The notes: generated from the letters alone by a model not told the origin. Shown: positions 49,612 to 62,975, numbered from the stretch's first letter. The stretch is 64,000 nt of DNA from Eledone cirrhosa (GCA_964016885.1 OZ024762.1:992001-1056000); one strand, 5' to 3'. Numbers and translations: made by a program.

Positions 49612-52600
49612 ATAAGAAAAAGCGAAGTAGTTTCAGATGTTAAAGTCCTTTAATGATAACATATTTCAATGACGACAGTGGCCACACGATTCCGTGTACC
49701 CAGTGCCGTGATCTCATCAGGCAGCTTCTTACATAATAAGGTTATGTTTCCGAGGCAATCCAAATTGAATCGACAGGGGAACGGACAAAGCGAGTGCTTT
49801 TGAATCCTTCGCTCGTTAAATATATATATGTGTGTGTGTATGTATATATATATATATATATAACCATCATCATCAGTCCACTTTACATGTTGGTATAGGT
49901 TGGACGAGTTGTCAAGTTCCATTTTATCTCTCTCATATTTTGACATGATTTTCATGTCTAGATGTACCTCCTAATGCTAACCACTTTACAGAGTGTACTG
50001 GGTGTATTTTATGGCCATAGATTCCTAGGAAAATACTTGTTTAAATCACTGTTGCCCTTGTGGCTCTCCACATTCCCTGGAAAAGGCTTCTGGAGTGAAC
50101 TCCAAGGAAAACTCTGGAGATGGACTTCCCAACACATGTCTGGTAACTTGACCAATGACATTGATGTCATGCTGCATCAGCCCTTGCCAGAATTGGTGAT
50201 GTGGTGAGGGAAGATTTACTGGTGGTCAACTGCTGGGCCTCCATACAACTTTGTCCAAGCCTGTGTCTCAAGGTGAACAAATTTACTGGTGGTCAACTGT
50301 TGGACTTCCATCCAGGCCTGTGTCTGAACGAGAACAGATTTACTGGTGATCAACTGTGTCTCAAAGAAAAGAGATTTTCTGCGTGGTCAACTGCTGGGCT
50401 TCCATATTCTGTAGTGGTACTACAGTCAGAATACATCATATTCTATAGAAGTACTATGGTCAGTTAGAATATGTTGTGGTATCCAAAAATTAGAACTAAG
50501 ACTTTGTGGTATTCTATAGAGGTACTACGGTCAGTTAGAACATGTGGTTTTCTACAGAGGTACTACGGCCAGTTAGAACATGTGGTATTCTGTAGAGGTA
50601 CTACGGCCAGTTAGAACGTGGTATTCTGTAGAGGTACTACGGCCAGTTAGAACGTGTGGTATTCTGTAGAGGTACTACGGCCAGTTAGAACGTGGTATTC
50701 TGTAGAAGTACAAAAGGGTTAAGACAGACTTTAGACTTAACTGTTGACTCTGACGTGCAGTAAAGCTCTACTTCACACCTGTCCGATATAAATAGCAGTA
50801 TCTACCTGAGCATATAAGATTGAACAGGTGTGACAACTAACAAAAGAGCAATCAACACATTATATAACAGTTGGGGATGTTTTATATTAAGTTTGACATA
50901 TTTATGCATTACCAGTGGTTTCGTAGACTTTAACTCGTCCGACTCCTTCAGACGCTTTAAAGTATATTTATTACTCTATTACTCTATAACATGTTCCAGC
51001 CGAGGGGCTGGGGCACCACCATTGATGCTACACTTTCTACAGCCATCCTTGGTTGGTCACTGATACAAAAGGGAGTTTGTGGCTCCTGCTCTTATTTGTG
51101 ATTCCCCTCGTGTTGTGGGTTCATCAGATCCTTTTGTTATATATTTCACAAAACTACCTTTCACATGAGATTCTATTCTCTGAGTACCTGTCATCTGTCC
51201 ATACTTAAATGTTGGCAGGGACATTTCATTAGACACAAGGCCAGCAATTTAAAGGGTAAAGTCAATTAAATCAACCCCCAATGCATTACTGGTACTTTAT
51301 TTTATCGACGCCGTAAGGATGACAGGCAAAGCTAACCTCGGTGGGATTTGATCTCAGAACGTAAAGGGACGCAACTCTATGCCATGAAGCATGTTGTCCA
51401 CTGCTCTACTAAATCTACTGCCAATTCACTGCCCTGCTGTCCACGAGACTACTGGTAATGTAGAAATATGATTTCATTTACTGGCCACAAGGGCTGACAT
51501 ATAGGGGACAATACAAAAGACTGGGACAGTGGGGTAATGTAGAAATATGTCAAACAGATCTTTATAGATGTTTGAATATCTAACCCTATAGCATTTAAAC
51601 TGGCTATATCTGGCCAGAATTCTCTCACTTCTTTCTGTTCAAACCAGCCATAACTGGCCACTCATACCGATATTAAGGTATTGTTCTCAACATAAATAAT
51701 ATCAAAATCTAGAATTGATATTATGTGAGGTAAAGCCTTTACTGTGAAAATACAATAGTCTATATAGAGTAATGTAAAGCCTTTACAGTGGAAATACAAT
51801 AGTCTATATAGAGTAATGTAAATACTAAAGGGTTAGGAAACTAGGTGTATCTTTCTAACTTTTCAGCATCCATTAACTTTCACTCTTGTCTTGATTAGCT
51901 TCATAATCACCTTAATTAATTTAAAGGCAGTTATGTTTGTGTTGTCCTATTTATAAAACATTTGCAGTTTTTGGTTGGCGCTTGCTTCTCTCGTCTCTTG
52001 CTTGTCTTTCACTAAACAAACTGGTTAACCACCTGCCAAAAACTGCTTCTAGAACTACTGCCAGGCTATATACACACTCTGCTCTTCTCTTGCACAATTC
52101 TAGCCCTCTTAGTAAATAACCCTTTCTCATAGAAGTGTGACATATATGTTGAGAATGCATCCAACTCCAGATATTGTTCACTTCCTACCTACTAGACATT
52201 CTATTTTGTTTTCAAGTGGCCCTGAAGACTTGGCAAGGTGTTTTTGTTGTTGATTTTTGTTGTTTTTTTGTTTTACCGTTTGGTTCAAGTGGTGTGGTCA
52301 GTGGTCATGGCTTTTTAGGGGGGTTTCTAAGTCTGGTGGGAGAGAGGAGTAGTGCCCTTGACCTTTTCAGGGGCTTCTTATTCTGGTGGGAGAGCAGAGT
52401 TGTGGGCTGTAAATTTTATTTCTATTCTCTAGGGGTATGCCTGGGGCTAAACAATTCCCTGACCCTAAACTGTCACATTATTAGGCCAGGTGACCATGTC
52501 TTGCTCATGCACATCATTTTTTATTTGGTTTCCTACGACTGGATGCCCTTCCTAATGCCAGCCATTTTACTGCTGGGTGTTTCTTGTCATGGCACCAGCA

Positions 52601-53916
52601 CCAACACCTTAAAATGTTGTCTGGGTACTTTATGTAGTGGTACTAACACTACCACCTTACAAGGTGGACTGGGTGCTTTTTGTTATGGCACCAACACAAC
52701 CACCTTACGGGGTGGACCAGGTGCTGTTTACTTGGTCACCACCTTACAGTTTCTTATTGCCATAAGATGTCCTTCCCTTTAGTTTCCTCATATACCAATA
52801 TCATCTGTCATTCTCTTTATGTGTTCACCTCAATTTCTCATCATAAATAAACCTATGTAGGCCATTATCACTTGCTTGTCTGCCAAGTAGGATCTTCCTT
52901 CCTCTCTCCTACTGAATATAACATCTAACATCGCTTGGTTGAACACAACTGTATTTATCACACCCCCAACATCTTGGCTGTCATTTCATTCCACTTCACT
53001 GAACACAGCCATATTTACCCCCAACATAACTCTCTCTCTCATCTATTACAAAACCTATTCTTTTACTGATATCATTTGTTAACCTTTTAACATTTACATT
53101 ACTCTATATATACTATTGTATTTTCACAGTAAAGGCTTTACCTCACATAATATCTCACATAACATTTACATTACTCTATATATACTATTGTATTTTCACA
53201 GTAAAGGCTTTACCTCACATAATATCAAATCTATGAGATTTTGATATTATTTATTTTGAGAACAATATGTTAAAGTCGGCATGAGTGGCCAGTTATGGCT
53301 GGTTTGAACAGAAAGAGTTGAGAGAATTCTGGCCAGATACAGACGATTTAAATGCTACATGGTTAAACTGTGGGCACTTCAGGTTTGGGAGGGGGAACAT
53401 CTATCTTACAAGGCCTCACTCCAACCTATAAGGCACCATTCCCTCTGATGGGGACAATGGGGTAAATACTCTGTCCTACATGCTATAAATCCTGCCCTAC
53501 CCTGAGGTCAGTGAGTGAGTCAGACAGTGACTTGATGGTCTTGGACGGACGTTTGAATCTGAATGAACCCGAAAACCCGTTGTGTAAGATTTGGTGACAT
53601 AAATTAATTCAGTTGTGGGTGTTCCTATTTCAATATGGGAATTTGTAGTTTGACATGTAAATATATTCAAGTTTGTCTTGGAAACGATGTGAAATATTAA
53701 GTAAGATAGAATTGACACAGGGAAAAAGTAAGCAAAGTGACGTAAATGGAGTGAGGTAGGGTTAATGGTGAGGGTGGTGGTAGTGAAACTGGTTTAGGCA
53801 GGTTTAGTGCAGACTCGAGCAAACATGACTGAACTGGTTCAATTGGCAACAGATAGACAAGGCTTAAAATGAAATGCCATGTTTGTGTATGTGTGTTTAT
53901 GTGTGCATATATCATC

Positions 53917-53947
<31 letters not shown>

Positions 53948-56900
53948 ATTTTATATAGAAATAGCTTCTACAGGACTAGAACTGTTTCATTCAAAAGAAA
54001 TCATCAGGAAAGGGCTTTCTTGATGATTTCTTTCGAATGAAACAGTTCTAGTCCTGTAGAAGCTATTTCTATATTGAATTTTGTATATAGTCAACTAATG
54101 TATTGAGTACTTCACTTACTGTGGTTACCCGGGACTCACACACACATATATATATATATCTGTATTGCTTCCTTGAACTATATATACACACACACACATA
54201 TATATATCTGTATTATTTACTTGAACTATATATACACACACACACATATATATATATATATATCTGTATTGTTTACTTGAACTACACACACACACACACA
54301 CTATATCAGTATTTATAACTTCCCTCTTCTTCTATTTCTTCCTTGTTGACAATAATAATAATAACAATGGTGTCCCGTACTTTCTATTCCAGCCTGCAGA
54401 TTCAAAACGGGAGGAATTCCGAAAGTACTTAGAAAAGGCTGGTGTCTTGGACGCTCTCACAAAAGGTGATAACTCTTCTAATGAAGAGATTTCTTTTATT
54501 AAATACATCTTTCTCTCTCTCTATCTATGCAGATGTCTCTCGTTTGGTGCTCCCCCCCCCTCTCTATAAAGATGAGGGAGACATCATAACTTTCTATCTA
54601 TCTACCTCATTCTGTCACCTCGAAAACACAGGGTTCCCCTTTCTCTCTCTATGTATGTACATATCTCTCGTTTGGCGCTCTCCCTCTCTATATAAAGTGA
54701 GTGTGATGGACAGACAGATATACAAACAGACGGTGTTCTTATTATAATATAGATTATTTCTCACAATTCATTGACATGATGCTATAGTGTTCCACTGGTG
54801 GCAAACTGGCTGTCATTGGAATGTCAAGATGCTAAAAATATTTGAATTAACAAACCACATAAAACCACATAAGCAAGACATTCTAGAAAAATATAAAACA
54901 TGATGACTACATCACATTAAATATTAAAGTCTTTACTGTAATACTGTAAATATTCACAACAATCTGTCCACCAGTAAAGATACTATAAACATTTAGTATA
55001 AAACAACACTATGACTACATCACATTAAATATTCAAGTGTTTACTTTAGTTTTCCTACAATCTGTCCATTAGTAAAGACAGGCTAACCATTTGAATTAAT
55101 AAACCTGTTTTGACATATTTTCTGCAGTCATTAAAATATCTGCAAAGCCTCCAGTGAGTTGCAACTTCGTAGGAGACCGACTAAACCTGTATTGGTGAGG
55201 GAGCTTTAAAGTTGCATAAAATGTCTTGTTTTTGTTTTGTTCTCAAGATTGTATGAGTAAATCTGTTGGTGACCTCACATATTTGATTGTGGTAGAATTG
55301 TTTTTCTGATTTAATGTAAGTTGACCTCTCCCTGCGGTTGTATTGTCAAGCTTAGTGCTTTAGTGCTTAAGATATTGAACTCTCAGTCTTATGGCTGTGG
55401 GCTGAATATCTTGACTGGATAACATCTTGTGTCCTTGAGCAAGACACTTCATTTCATGTTGCTCCAGTCAACTCAGCTGGAGATAAATTTAGTACCAGCA
55501 GTATCTGAGGGGATTAGCCCTTGCACTGGACTGGTGTCTAGGCCAGATAGAGATATTTTCATATAGGACTGACATCCCTGTCATTAAAACACCTGAGAAA
55601 CTTCTTATGAGGTACAACTTCATTGAGAGGCCAGCTAAACCTGTGTAGGTGTGGAATGTAACAACAAGAGGAATATGATGGCGGTGTTGTGAGATAGAAT
55701 GAAGTTTCACTGCCTGAGAACATCTACAATGGCGCTGTTGTGAGATAGAATGAAGTTTCACTGCCTGAGAACATCTACAATGGTGCTGTTGTGAGATAGA
55801 ATGAAGTTTCACTGCCTGAGAACATCTACAATGGCGGTGTTGTGAGATAGAATGAAGTTTCACTGCCTGAGAACTGTTGTGATGTTTATATAGAGTTCTG
55901 CTCCACAACACAAAACAAAGAAGATTCTGCATCACAATATGGGTAAAAAACTATAAATATCTGATGATGTTTATACCAACACGTGGTGTGTGTGTGTGTG
56001 TCTTTATATGAAAGGTTATCACTAGAAACCAAAGATGATATTTGGCTATCATCACCATCATCATCATCACCACTACCATCACTGTATGCCGTTTATATTC
56101 CATCCTCACATGAGTTGTTACTGTTTAAATCATCTCTGGCAGTTCCATTATTTTGGCACCAGAACCAATGCAGAGGGAGAGGCCAGAGGTTTTATCAGAA
56201 GGAATCTTGAGATCTTCTGATAAATTCTGGAAACTTGATAGAATTCTGAGAATCTCTTCAAATCTTTACCAAGAGTAATTTCACCTTACAAGTGACATTA
56301 ACAACTTCATTTATATATACATATATATATACACACACACATATATATATATACACACACATATATATATATACACACACATAAATATATATATATACAC
56401 ACACACATAAATATATATATATACACACACACACAAATATATATATACACACATAAATATATATATATATATACACACACATAAATATATATATATATAT
56501 ACACACACATATAAATATATATACATATATCATCATCATCGCCGTTTAATGTCCACCTTCCATGCTAGCATGGGTTAGACAGGTTGTGTCAGATGACTGC
56601 GTCCTGCTCATACAGAACTGTTTCTGACTAGATTTCTACGGCTGGATGCCCTTCCTAACACCAACCACATTGACAGTGTGTGCACATGCTCACTCACACA
56701 CACACACATATATATATATGGAGGCACATGGCTTAGTGGTTAGAGCATTGGCCTTGCAATCGAAAGGTTGTGAGTTCAATTCTCAGACCAGGTGATGTGT
56801 TGTTTCCTTGAGCAAGACACTTTACTTCACATTGCTCCAGTTTACTCAGCTGTAGAAATGAGATGATAGGACTGGGGTCCCTATCATTCCACGGCAAAAA

Positions 56901-59031
56901 AGCACCCAGCACTCACTGTAAATGAGGTTGGTGTTAGGAAGGGCATCCAGCTGTAGAAATCAAGCCAGAACCCTTGCAAGCAGGGAAAAGCGGACGTAAA
57001 ATGAAATGATGAGATATATATATGTGTGTGTGTGTGTGTGATAATATCTGTATTACACTATTATATTGTTCTACACTAAATAACAAGTTAATATATATAT
57101 ATTTCTATCTTTCAGTTCTTGTTGGTCTTTATGAGGAACCAGACAAACCAAACAACGCTTTAGAGTATCCTTTATTTAGTGTAATATATTTCTATATTTA
57201 GTATAATATATTTCTATATTTAGTATAATATACCGTATTTCCCGGCACCGAAGACACTTCGTCCTTGAGGACACACCCTGATTTTGACAAACAAAAATTT
57301 GAAGAAAAAAAATAATCAACAACCTTCGGCCTCCAGGACCCACGGTAGATTTTTGAGACTTATTTTAGGAAAAAAGTAGCGTCTTCGATGCCAGGAAATA
57401 CTGCAATTCTCACGTCTTCTATCTATTACACTGGTCGACACACTTTGGGCTGGCTTAGGTTTTGTTGTATTATTAAATCCTTCCAAATTTTTGTTTATTT
57501 TCAAAATGATTTGAAAACTATAGACAGTGTCTTTCATTAGAAATATAATAACGAGAGGGTTAACCCTTTAGCATTTAAACTGGCTGTATCCGTCCAGAAT
57601 TCTTTCTCTCTTTTGAAACTGGCCATAACCAGCAGCTCACACCAACATTGAGATATTGTTCTTAAAATAAACATCATCGAAATCTCATAAACTTGAGATT
57701 ATGTGAGGTAAAGCCTTTACTGTGAAAATACAATAGTTTATATAGAGTAATGTAAATGTTAAAGGGTTAAAGTGTTTATATTTACCTAAAAACTTTCCAT
57801 CATAATTTAATATAAGAATCTTTGTTAATAATGAGAAAGTTATATTTTTGGCTAATTTTGAGGGGCTGCTTTCAAATATGGCAGCTATTCTATTGTAACA
57901 CATCAGGTTTTCATCTGAATGAAACACAGGGCAAATTGCTGAATCCGGGTGATTCTGGATAACTTATTTTCTGTCGAGTTTTCTTGCTATAACCAAAAGT
58001 CTTTGTGAGACAAAAGTAACAATCTTCTGCATGGTTCTTTGGCTCAAAGAACGGGCCTCAGACTTTGGTCAGCAGGAAAAAAAAGCAAACTTTTGTTAAC
58101 CAGTGTTATCAGTCACTGATCACTTATAAGGTTTTGTGTTTATATGCTTGTCTGTATGTGTGTGTGTGTCTCTGTATGTATGTCTGTCTGTCTGTATGTG
58201 TGTTTATGTGTCTGTCTGTATATATGTGTGTGCTGTATATATATGTGTGACGAGTGGAGAGATGCTGTGCTGAATAAGACCCGTCCCACCCTTGCAAGCA
58301 GGGAAAAGCGGACGGAAAATGTTGATGATGATGATGTGTCTGTATATATATGTGTGATGTATGTATATGTGTGAATGTATGCTGTGTGTGTGTGAGATGT
58401 TCTCTATATGTATATATATGCTGTTCTGTATGCCAGACTAGGTGCCTTGTGTTGTTAGATCCAGTTCTTCCTTTACTGATCCCTACCAGATTTTTGAAAC
58501 AACATCTTGGTGTTTCTGGGCCTGAAACGGCCGATGTGGATGCCCTGAAGTTAGAAGTCTTGGAATTACAGGAAAAAGTGGAACAGCTTCAGGAAGAGAA
58601 CACTGACCTTAAGAGCAAAGTAAGGACTGTTGTTGTTGTTGATGGTGGTGGTGGTGTTGATGATAATGGTGGAGGTGGTGGTGATGGTGTTGTTATATTG
58701 TGCCCCAAACACCATGAGATATTTTTCTCCAGTAAGTTCGATCACCAACAGCAGAGATTAAAGAGCAAAGATCAAGTCCAGTCCATAGGTTGACATTATC
58801 AAACCATTATATTACTAAATCTTTCTAAATTATTGGTTATTTTCAAAATTATTGGAAAACCATAAGCAGTTTTGTTTTTTGTCATTAAAAATATGGTAAT
58901 GAAAAAGTTAAAGTGTTTCAATTTAAATATTTAATTGATTATATTGATTTTTTTTTTAATGTTTTTTGTTTCTCTCTTTTCAGTTGCAACAATATGAACC
59001 AAATGTTACAGAACAGTCTGTTGATAATTAA
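47938..59031 (+). CDS. MYCBP: c-Myc-binding protein (AMY-1 / FAP174 family), 5 coding exons, 105 aa
   Basis: Exons 47938-47955 (MSSSYK), 54393-54465 ([24 protein letters not shown]), 57116-57164 ([17 protein letters not shown]), 58490-58619 (FLKQHLG...EENTDLKSK), 58984-59031 (LQQYEP...*); 318 nt; near-identical to the MYCBP signature. Confidence 0.95.
50436..50710. repeat. About 40-bp minisatellite
   Basis: GGTATTCTGTAGAGGTACTACGGCCAGTTAGAAC units. Confidence 0.9.
55678..55873. repeat. 51-bp minisatellite, about 4 copies
   Basis: TGTTGTGAGATAGAATGAAGTTTCACTGCCTGAGAACATCTACAATGG units. Confidence 0.95.
56720..57010 (+). mobile_element. tRNA-derived SINE family 2 (CORE-like domain), representative copy
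   Basis: A-box GGCTTAGTGGTTAG, B-box GAGTTCAATTC, CCTTGAGCAAGACACTTT, tail GGTTGGTGTTAGGAAGGGCATCCAGCTGTAGAAA...GGAAAAGCGGACGTAAAATG. Related copies near 4000-4320, 6390-6845, 15870-16085, 23835-24290, 28340-28600, 34210-34370, 46630-46770. Confidence 0.8.
57165..58489 (+). other. U12-type (minor spliceosome) GT-AG intron, MYCBP intron 3
   Basis: 5' splice site GTATCCTTT at 57165; branch-site-like TTCCTTTAC at 58468-58476, 14 nt before the AG at 58488-58489. Confidence 0.9.
57564..57766. mobile_element. piggyBac-like MITE
   Basis: TTAA|CCCTTTAGCATTTA ... TAAATGTTAAAGGG|TTAA. Copies at 32107-32337 and near 36046-36322, 43242-43445, 51584-51832, 53083-53363, plus a partial copy near 38337. 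Confidence 0.85.
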
Positions 59032-59682
59032 CCTTCCACTGTATATAATGCCTCACTGCTGTTCTGTCACACACACATATACATACACATATGGCTGGCC
59101 TTATAAACCACTACACCACTGAATGAATTCACTCTCATTTGATTTCAAATAGAATTTGAGAAGAAGAACAAAAAAAAGAAGAAAAAAAAGAACAACAAAA
59201 AAATAGCAATGTTTTTTTTAATTATTTTTAACTGTTAATCTCTTTATATTTTGTTTGGTCTTTCATATATCATTTCAGTAGTTAATTCTCTGTCATCAAT
59301 CTAACCCCTAAACCTAACCCCTAACCCCTCTTCAGTAAATAACTGTTTCACTGGTGTTAATACACCACAGTCTGTTCTGCAGGAGATTCTCAGAACAGAT
59401 ATCATATCCCACAATGCATTGGAGCGAGTCGGCAGCCATTACTGTTGTCTCCTAATTTATCAACAAATTTGTTATTTAGTTGGGTATTTTTTGTTGGTTT
59501 TTTTTGGAAATTGTCTCCAAAAAATAAATATAAACACAAAGACAATGTTTTTGATTATTTAACTTATTTTCAACTTCATTTTTTTTTAAAGTTAATAAAC
59601 CATTTTCCTCTAATGAATTCTGATTACGTTTGTTTTGTTTGTTTTATTTCTTCCATGGTGTTCCCCTGCATGATCTGAAGTG

Positions 59683-59941
59683 CCCAGTCCACACTGTAAA
59701 GTGGTCATGTAGGTGTCACCACAAAAAACACCCAGTCCACACTGTAAAGTGGTCATGTAGGTGTCACCACAAAAAACACCCAGTCCACACTGTAAAGTGG
59801 TCATGTAGGTGTCACCACAAAAAACACCCAGTCCACACTGTAAAGTGGTCATGTAGGTGTCACCACAAAAAACACCCAGTCCACACTGTAAAGTGGTCAT
59901 GTAGGTGTCACCACAAAAAACAACCCAGTCCACACTGTAAA
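59683..59941. repeat. 48-bp near-perfect minisatellite, about 5.3 copies, SINE-tail derived
   Basis: CCCAGTCCACACTGTAAAGTGGTCATGTAGGTGTCACCACAAAAAACA units running into GGTTGGTGTTTGGAAGGGCATCCAGCTG. Confidence 0.95.
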
Positions 59942-60974
59942 TGCGGTTGGTGTTTGGAAGGGCATCCAGCTGTAGAAACCAAGCCAGAAACAGTTCTGTA
60001 TGAGTGAGACAGGGTCAACTTGCCTCACAACTGGACAATTCATTTAACTCCTGCTAGCATGGGAAAATGGACATTAAATGGTAGTGATGGTGGTGGTGGT
60101 GATAATAATTAGAGGAAAGAGAAAGAAAGTGTAAGAGTGTGACAGGAGAAGAAAGTTTAAACTTGTGTGAGGAGGAGAGAAAATTTAAGTGTATTATTAG
60201 GAGGGAGTAAGAGAAAGTGTGAGATGAAAGAGAGGTGTAAGCATGAGAGAGAGGGGGTAAGCATGTGAGAGAGGGAGAGAGGTAAGATTCTGGCCACTGA
60301 TGATAAGGCTGGCAGCCAAATAACCTATTTTTGATGCTAGAAACCCCAACTGTTGCTAGAAATACCACATTTATCAGGTATTTATTGCTGTGAGCAGTTA
60401 AATGAACATTCCAAGGAGAGCACGAGATTTGTTTTAGTTTTGGGTGCAAAACTGGCAAAAGACATTCAGAATGAGCCAAAATGGTAATGCCATGAAAGTG
60501 GGTAGAAAGACAAGCAAGGAGAATTGTTACACCCAGTTCCTGACACTAGAACTACGTGATTAGCAAGAGAAATTTGTAATAATAACTCTTAACATTCTGT
60601 AATAATTTAGCAGAAAATGTATTTTAAAAGTTTGTTAATTCAAGTGTTCATAGTATCTTTACTAGTGGACAGATTATTGTAAAAGTTTGTAGTATCGACT
60701 ATTAACATTCTGTAATGATTTAGCAGAAAATATCTAAAAGCAGGTTTGTTAATTCAAATATATATAGTATATTTAGTACTGGACAGATTGTTGTGAAAAT
60801 ATTTACTGCTGAACAGATTGTTGTGAAAATATTTACTGCTGAACAGATTGTTGTGAAAATTTGTAATATTATCTCTTAACATCTTGTAATGATTTAGTAG
60901 AAAATATCTAAAAATAGTTAATTAAAATGTTTATAGTATATTTACTGCTAGACAGATTGTGAACATTAGTATTA

Positions 60975-61169
60975 CAGACCTGCCAACTTCTAAGAACCCA
61001 AACGGAGAGTACCGTGTGAAAAAGTGCCCCAAACCGTGAAGAAATTTGGCGAAATGGGGAGATTTTACTTAATGAAAACTATACCGATTTTCACAAGAGA
61101 AGACATCTCTCATCCACCCTAAAGTGGGTGGGAGATCTCCCCGTCGGACAAGGAGAGTTGACAGGTCTG
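60975..61169. mobile_element. hAT-like MITE with 6-bp TSD
   Basis: TIR CAGACCTGCCAACT / AGTTGACAGGTCTG; GTATTA duplicated at 60969-60974 and 61170-61175. Confidence 0.8.
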
Positions 61170-61249
61170 GTATTATCTTTGAATATCCTGTAATGATTTA
61201 GCAGAAAATAACTAAAAACAAGTTTAATTCAAATGTTTATAGAATCTTT

Positions 61250-61800
61250 AGGTTGGTTTTGCCTGAAAAATCTGTCCAGCGATTCTTTCCTAAGATTCTA
61301 ACGACATGTCTGTAAATTTGGAAAAGTAGCAGCTCTACCTGGAGTGACTCTCTAATCTCTGAGCTATGCACTCAATCGAGTAACGTTACTCCAAAGACCC
61401 TTCAGAGGAACCCCATGCCAGCCCCTAGTATTCACGATCGTATACTTTCGGTCATTACTCAAGAATCATGATCATAGGTAAGTGTTGGGATGAATACCAA
61501 ATTGAAGACAGCAAGCTTGGCTTTTACACCTCCCTTCCTCTGATTACCAAATGCTGAAACTGGTGCATTACTGCACCAGCTCCAGCAGTTCTTGCACTTA
61601 ATTCAGTCTCCTGCCTTCCATCACTCGTGAACACAGCCTCGAGATATTTAAACTTTTCTACCTGCTTCAGTAGAACTCCATTTACATGTAGAGTGCACTG
61701 CACACGCTTCTTTAGGAGGAAGAGTGTCTTAGTTTTCGCAACACTGATTTTCATTCCAGCCATGCAGCACTCGGCATCAAATGTATCAAGTGCAAGTCAG
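61250..61800 (-). mobile_element. RTE-clade LINE ORF2 fragment (decayed)
   Basis: AGMKISVAKTKTL...LKQVEKFKYLEAVFTSDG (RT thumb region). Shorter 3' fragments near 1400-1665, 5680-5835, 17385-17700, 25580-25820, 44390-44655, 46770-46920. Confidence 0.8.
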
Positions 61801-62492
61801 GGATCACCTTCTGTCGACTTAAGTATTGGATATTTGGGGACATATTGGATTTCCCATGTTAAAACAATGCCAAACCATCCCTGGTTCTATGATACAAATC
61901 TGTTTGTTTCATCATCATTTAACATCCATCTTCCACTCTAGCATGGGTTAGACGGGTTTGTCCCATTTAGAGGCAAGTTGGGTCGAGTGACCATGTCTCG
62001 CTCATATGGGACTCTTTCAATATCTTTATATTTGAATTTTGTCTATCTAATAATATCAGATGTTTACAAAAAAACATTTGAAAGCCTTTAGCTATGAATT
62101 TTGGGAGCTGACGGCTAACGCCATCTAGTGGATTCCAACAGAAGCAGTAGAGGATAACTGTCAACGTTGTTTCTGGCTTGTGACCATTATCAAGACAGTA
62201 AATCCCGTCAAGGTTTACTTTGCCTTTTATCCTTACGGGGTCGATAAAATAAAGTACCAGTAATGTACTGGGATAATTGCTGGCCTTGTGCCAAAAGTAG
62301 AAACAATTATCAAGACAGTGCTTCCCCTACACTGTTCTCTGCTGGAATTTAACTAAAAATTTTCCATCATAATTCTATATAAGAACCTTTGATAAGTTAT
62401 GCCCCAGTTATCAAATAATGAGATAGTAAAATATTTCACTAAATCTCTTCAAATTGTTTATTATTTCCAAAATTGTATGAAAACTGTAGACA

Positions 62493-62562
62493 GCTGAAAT
62501 AGTTTAGTTAGGACAGCGTTAGAGAGATCTAAAGGTCCTTGGTTCAACCCTGGGTTTTGGCA
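62493..62562 (+). pseudogene. tRNA-Phe(GAA) pseudogene
   Basis: GCTGAAATAGTTTAGTTAGGACAGCGTTAGAGAGATCTAAAGGTCCTTGGTTCAACCCTGGGTTTTGGCA aligns with metazoan tRNA-Phe; 3-nt deletion in the anticodon loop and many C>T/G>A changes. Confidence 0.85.
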
Positions 62563-62943
62563 TCCAGAGGTTGGCTCAATCTTTATACTGGTGGTGCTGT
62601 AGCATGGCCTAAGCCTGTCGGCTGGAAATCATAGTATAGTAATAGAGAGTCTGCCATTCGAAATACAATAATGAAAAGATAGAAGTGTTTATATATATTT
62701 TAAAAAACCTAACACAATTTTATATAAGAACATTTGTTAAGTTATGTTCCAAACACCAGCTTAATATTGAGATAGTTAGTTGTTTTACTAAACCCTTTGA
62801 AATTCTTGATTATTTTTTAACCCCATGGCAGTCTCTTTCATAAGAAATATAATAGTGAAAGGGTAAAACATGGAAACCTGTTTATGAGTTACTATTTTCC
62901 TACGACACCGCCTTCTCATCGAATTACGTCCCTTATTTGAAAA

Positions 62944-62975
62944 ATGGCGGATGACGAAAACGATGCCACTGAACA
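62944..62975 (+). CDS. Probable first coding exon (MADDENDATE...) of a gene continuing beyond the right edge
   Basis: AAAATGGCG start context, CpG-retaining local sequence, CA|GTAAGT donor at 62976. Confidence 0.5.

Noticed and set aside
52174-52782. 202-aa ORF in MYCBP intron 1
   Set aside because: Composed of SINE-tail fragments and low-complexity sequence
53560-53780. Possible CR1/L2 LINE 3' remnant (also about 49650-49820)
   Set aside because: Too decayed to assign by eye
59300-59330. Telomere-like CCCTAA repeats in the MYCBP 3' region
   Set aside because: Only about 4 degenerate units; too short to interpret
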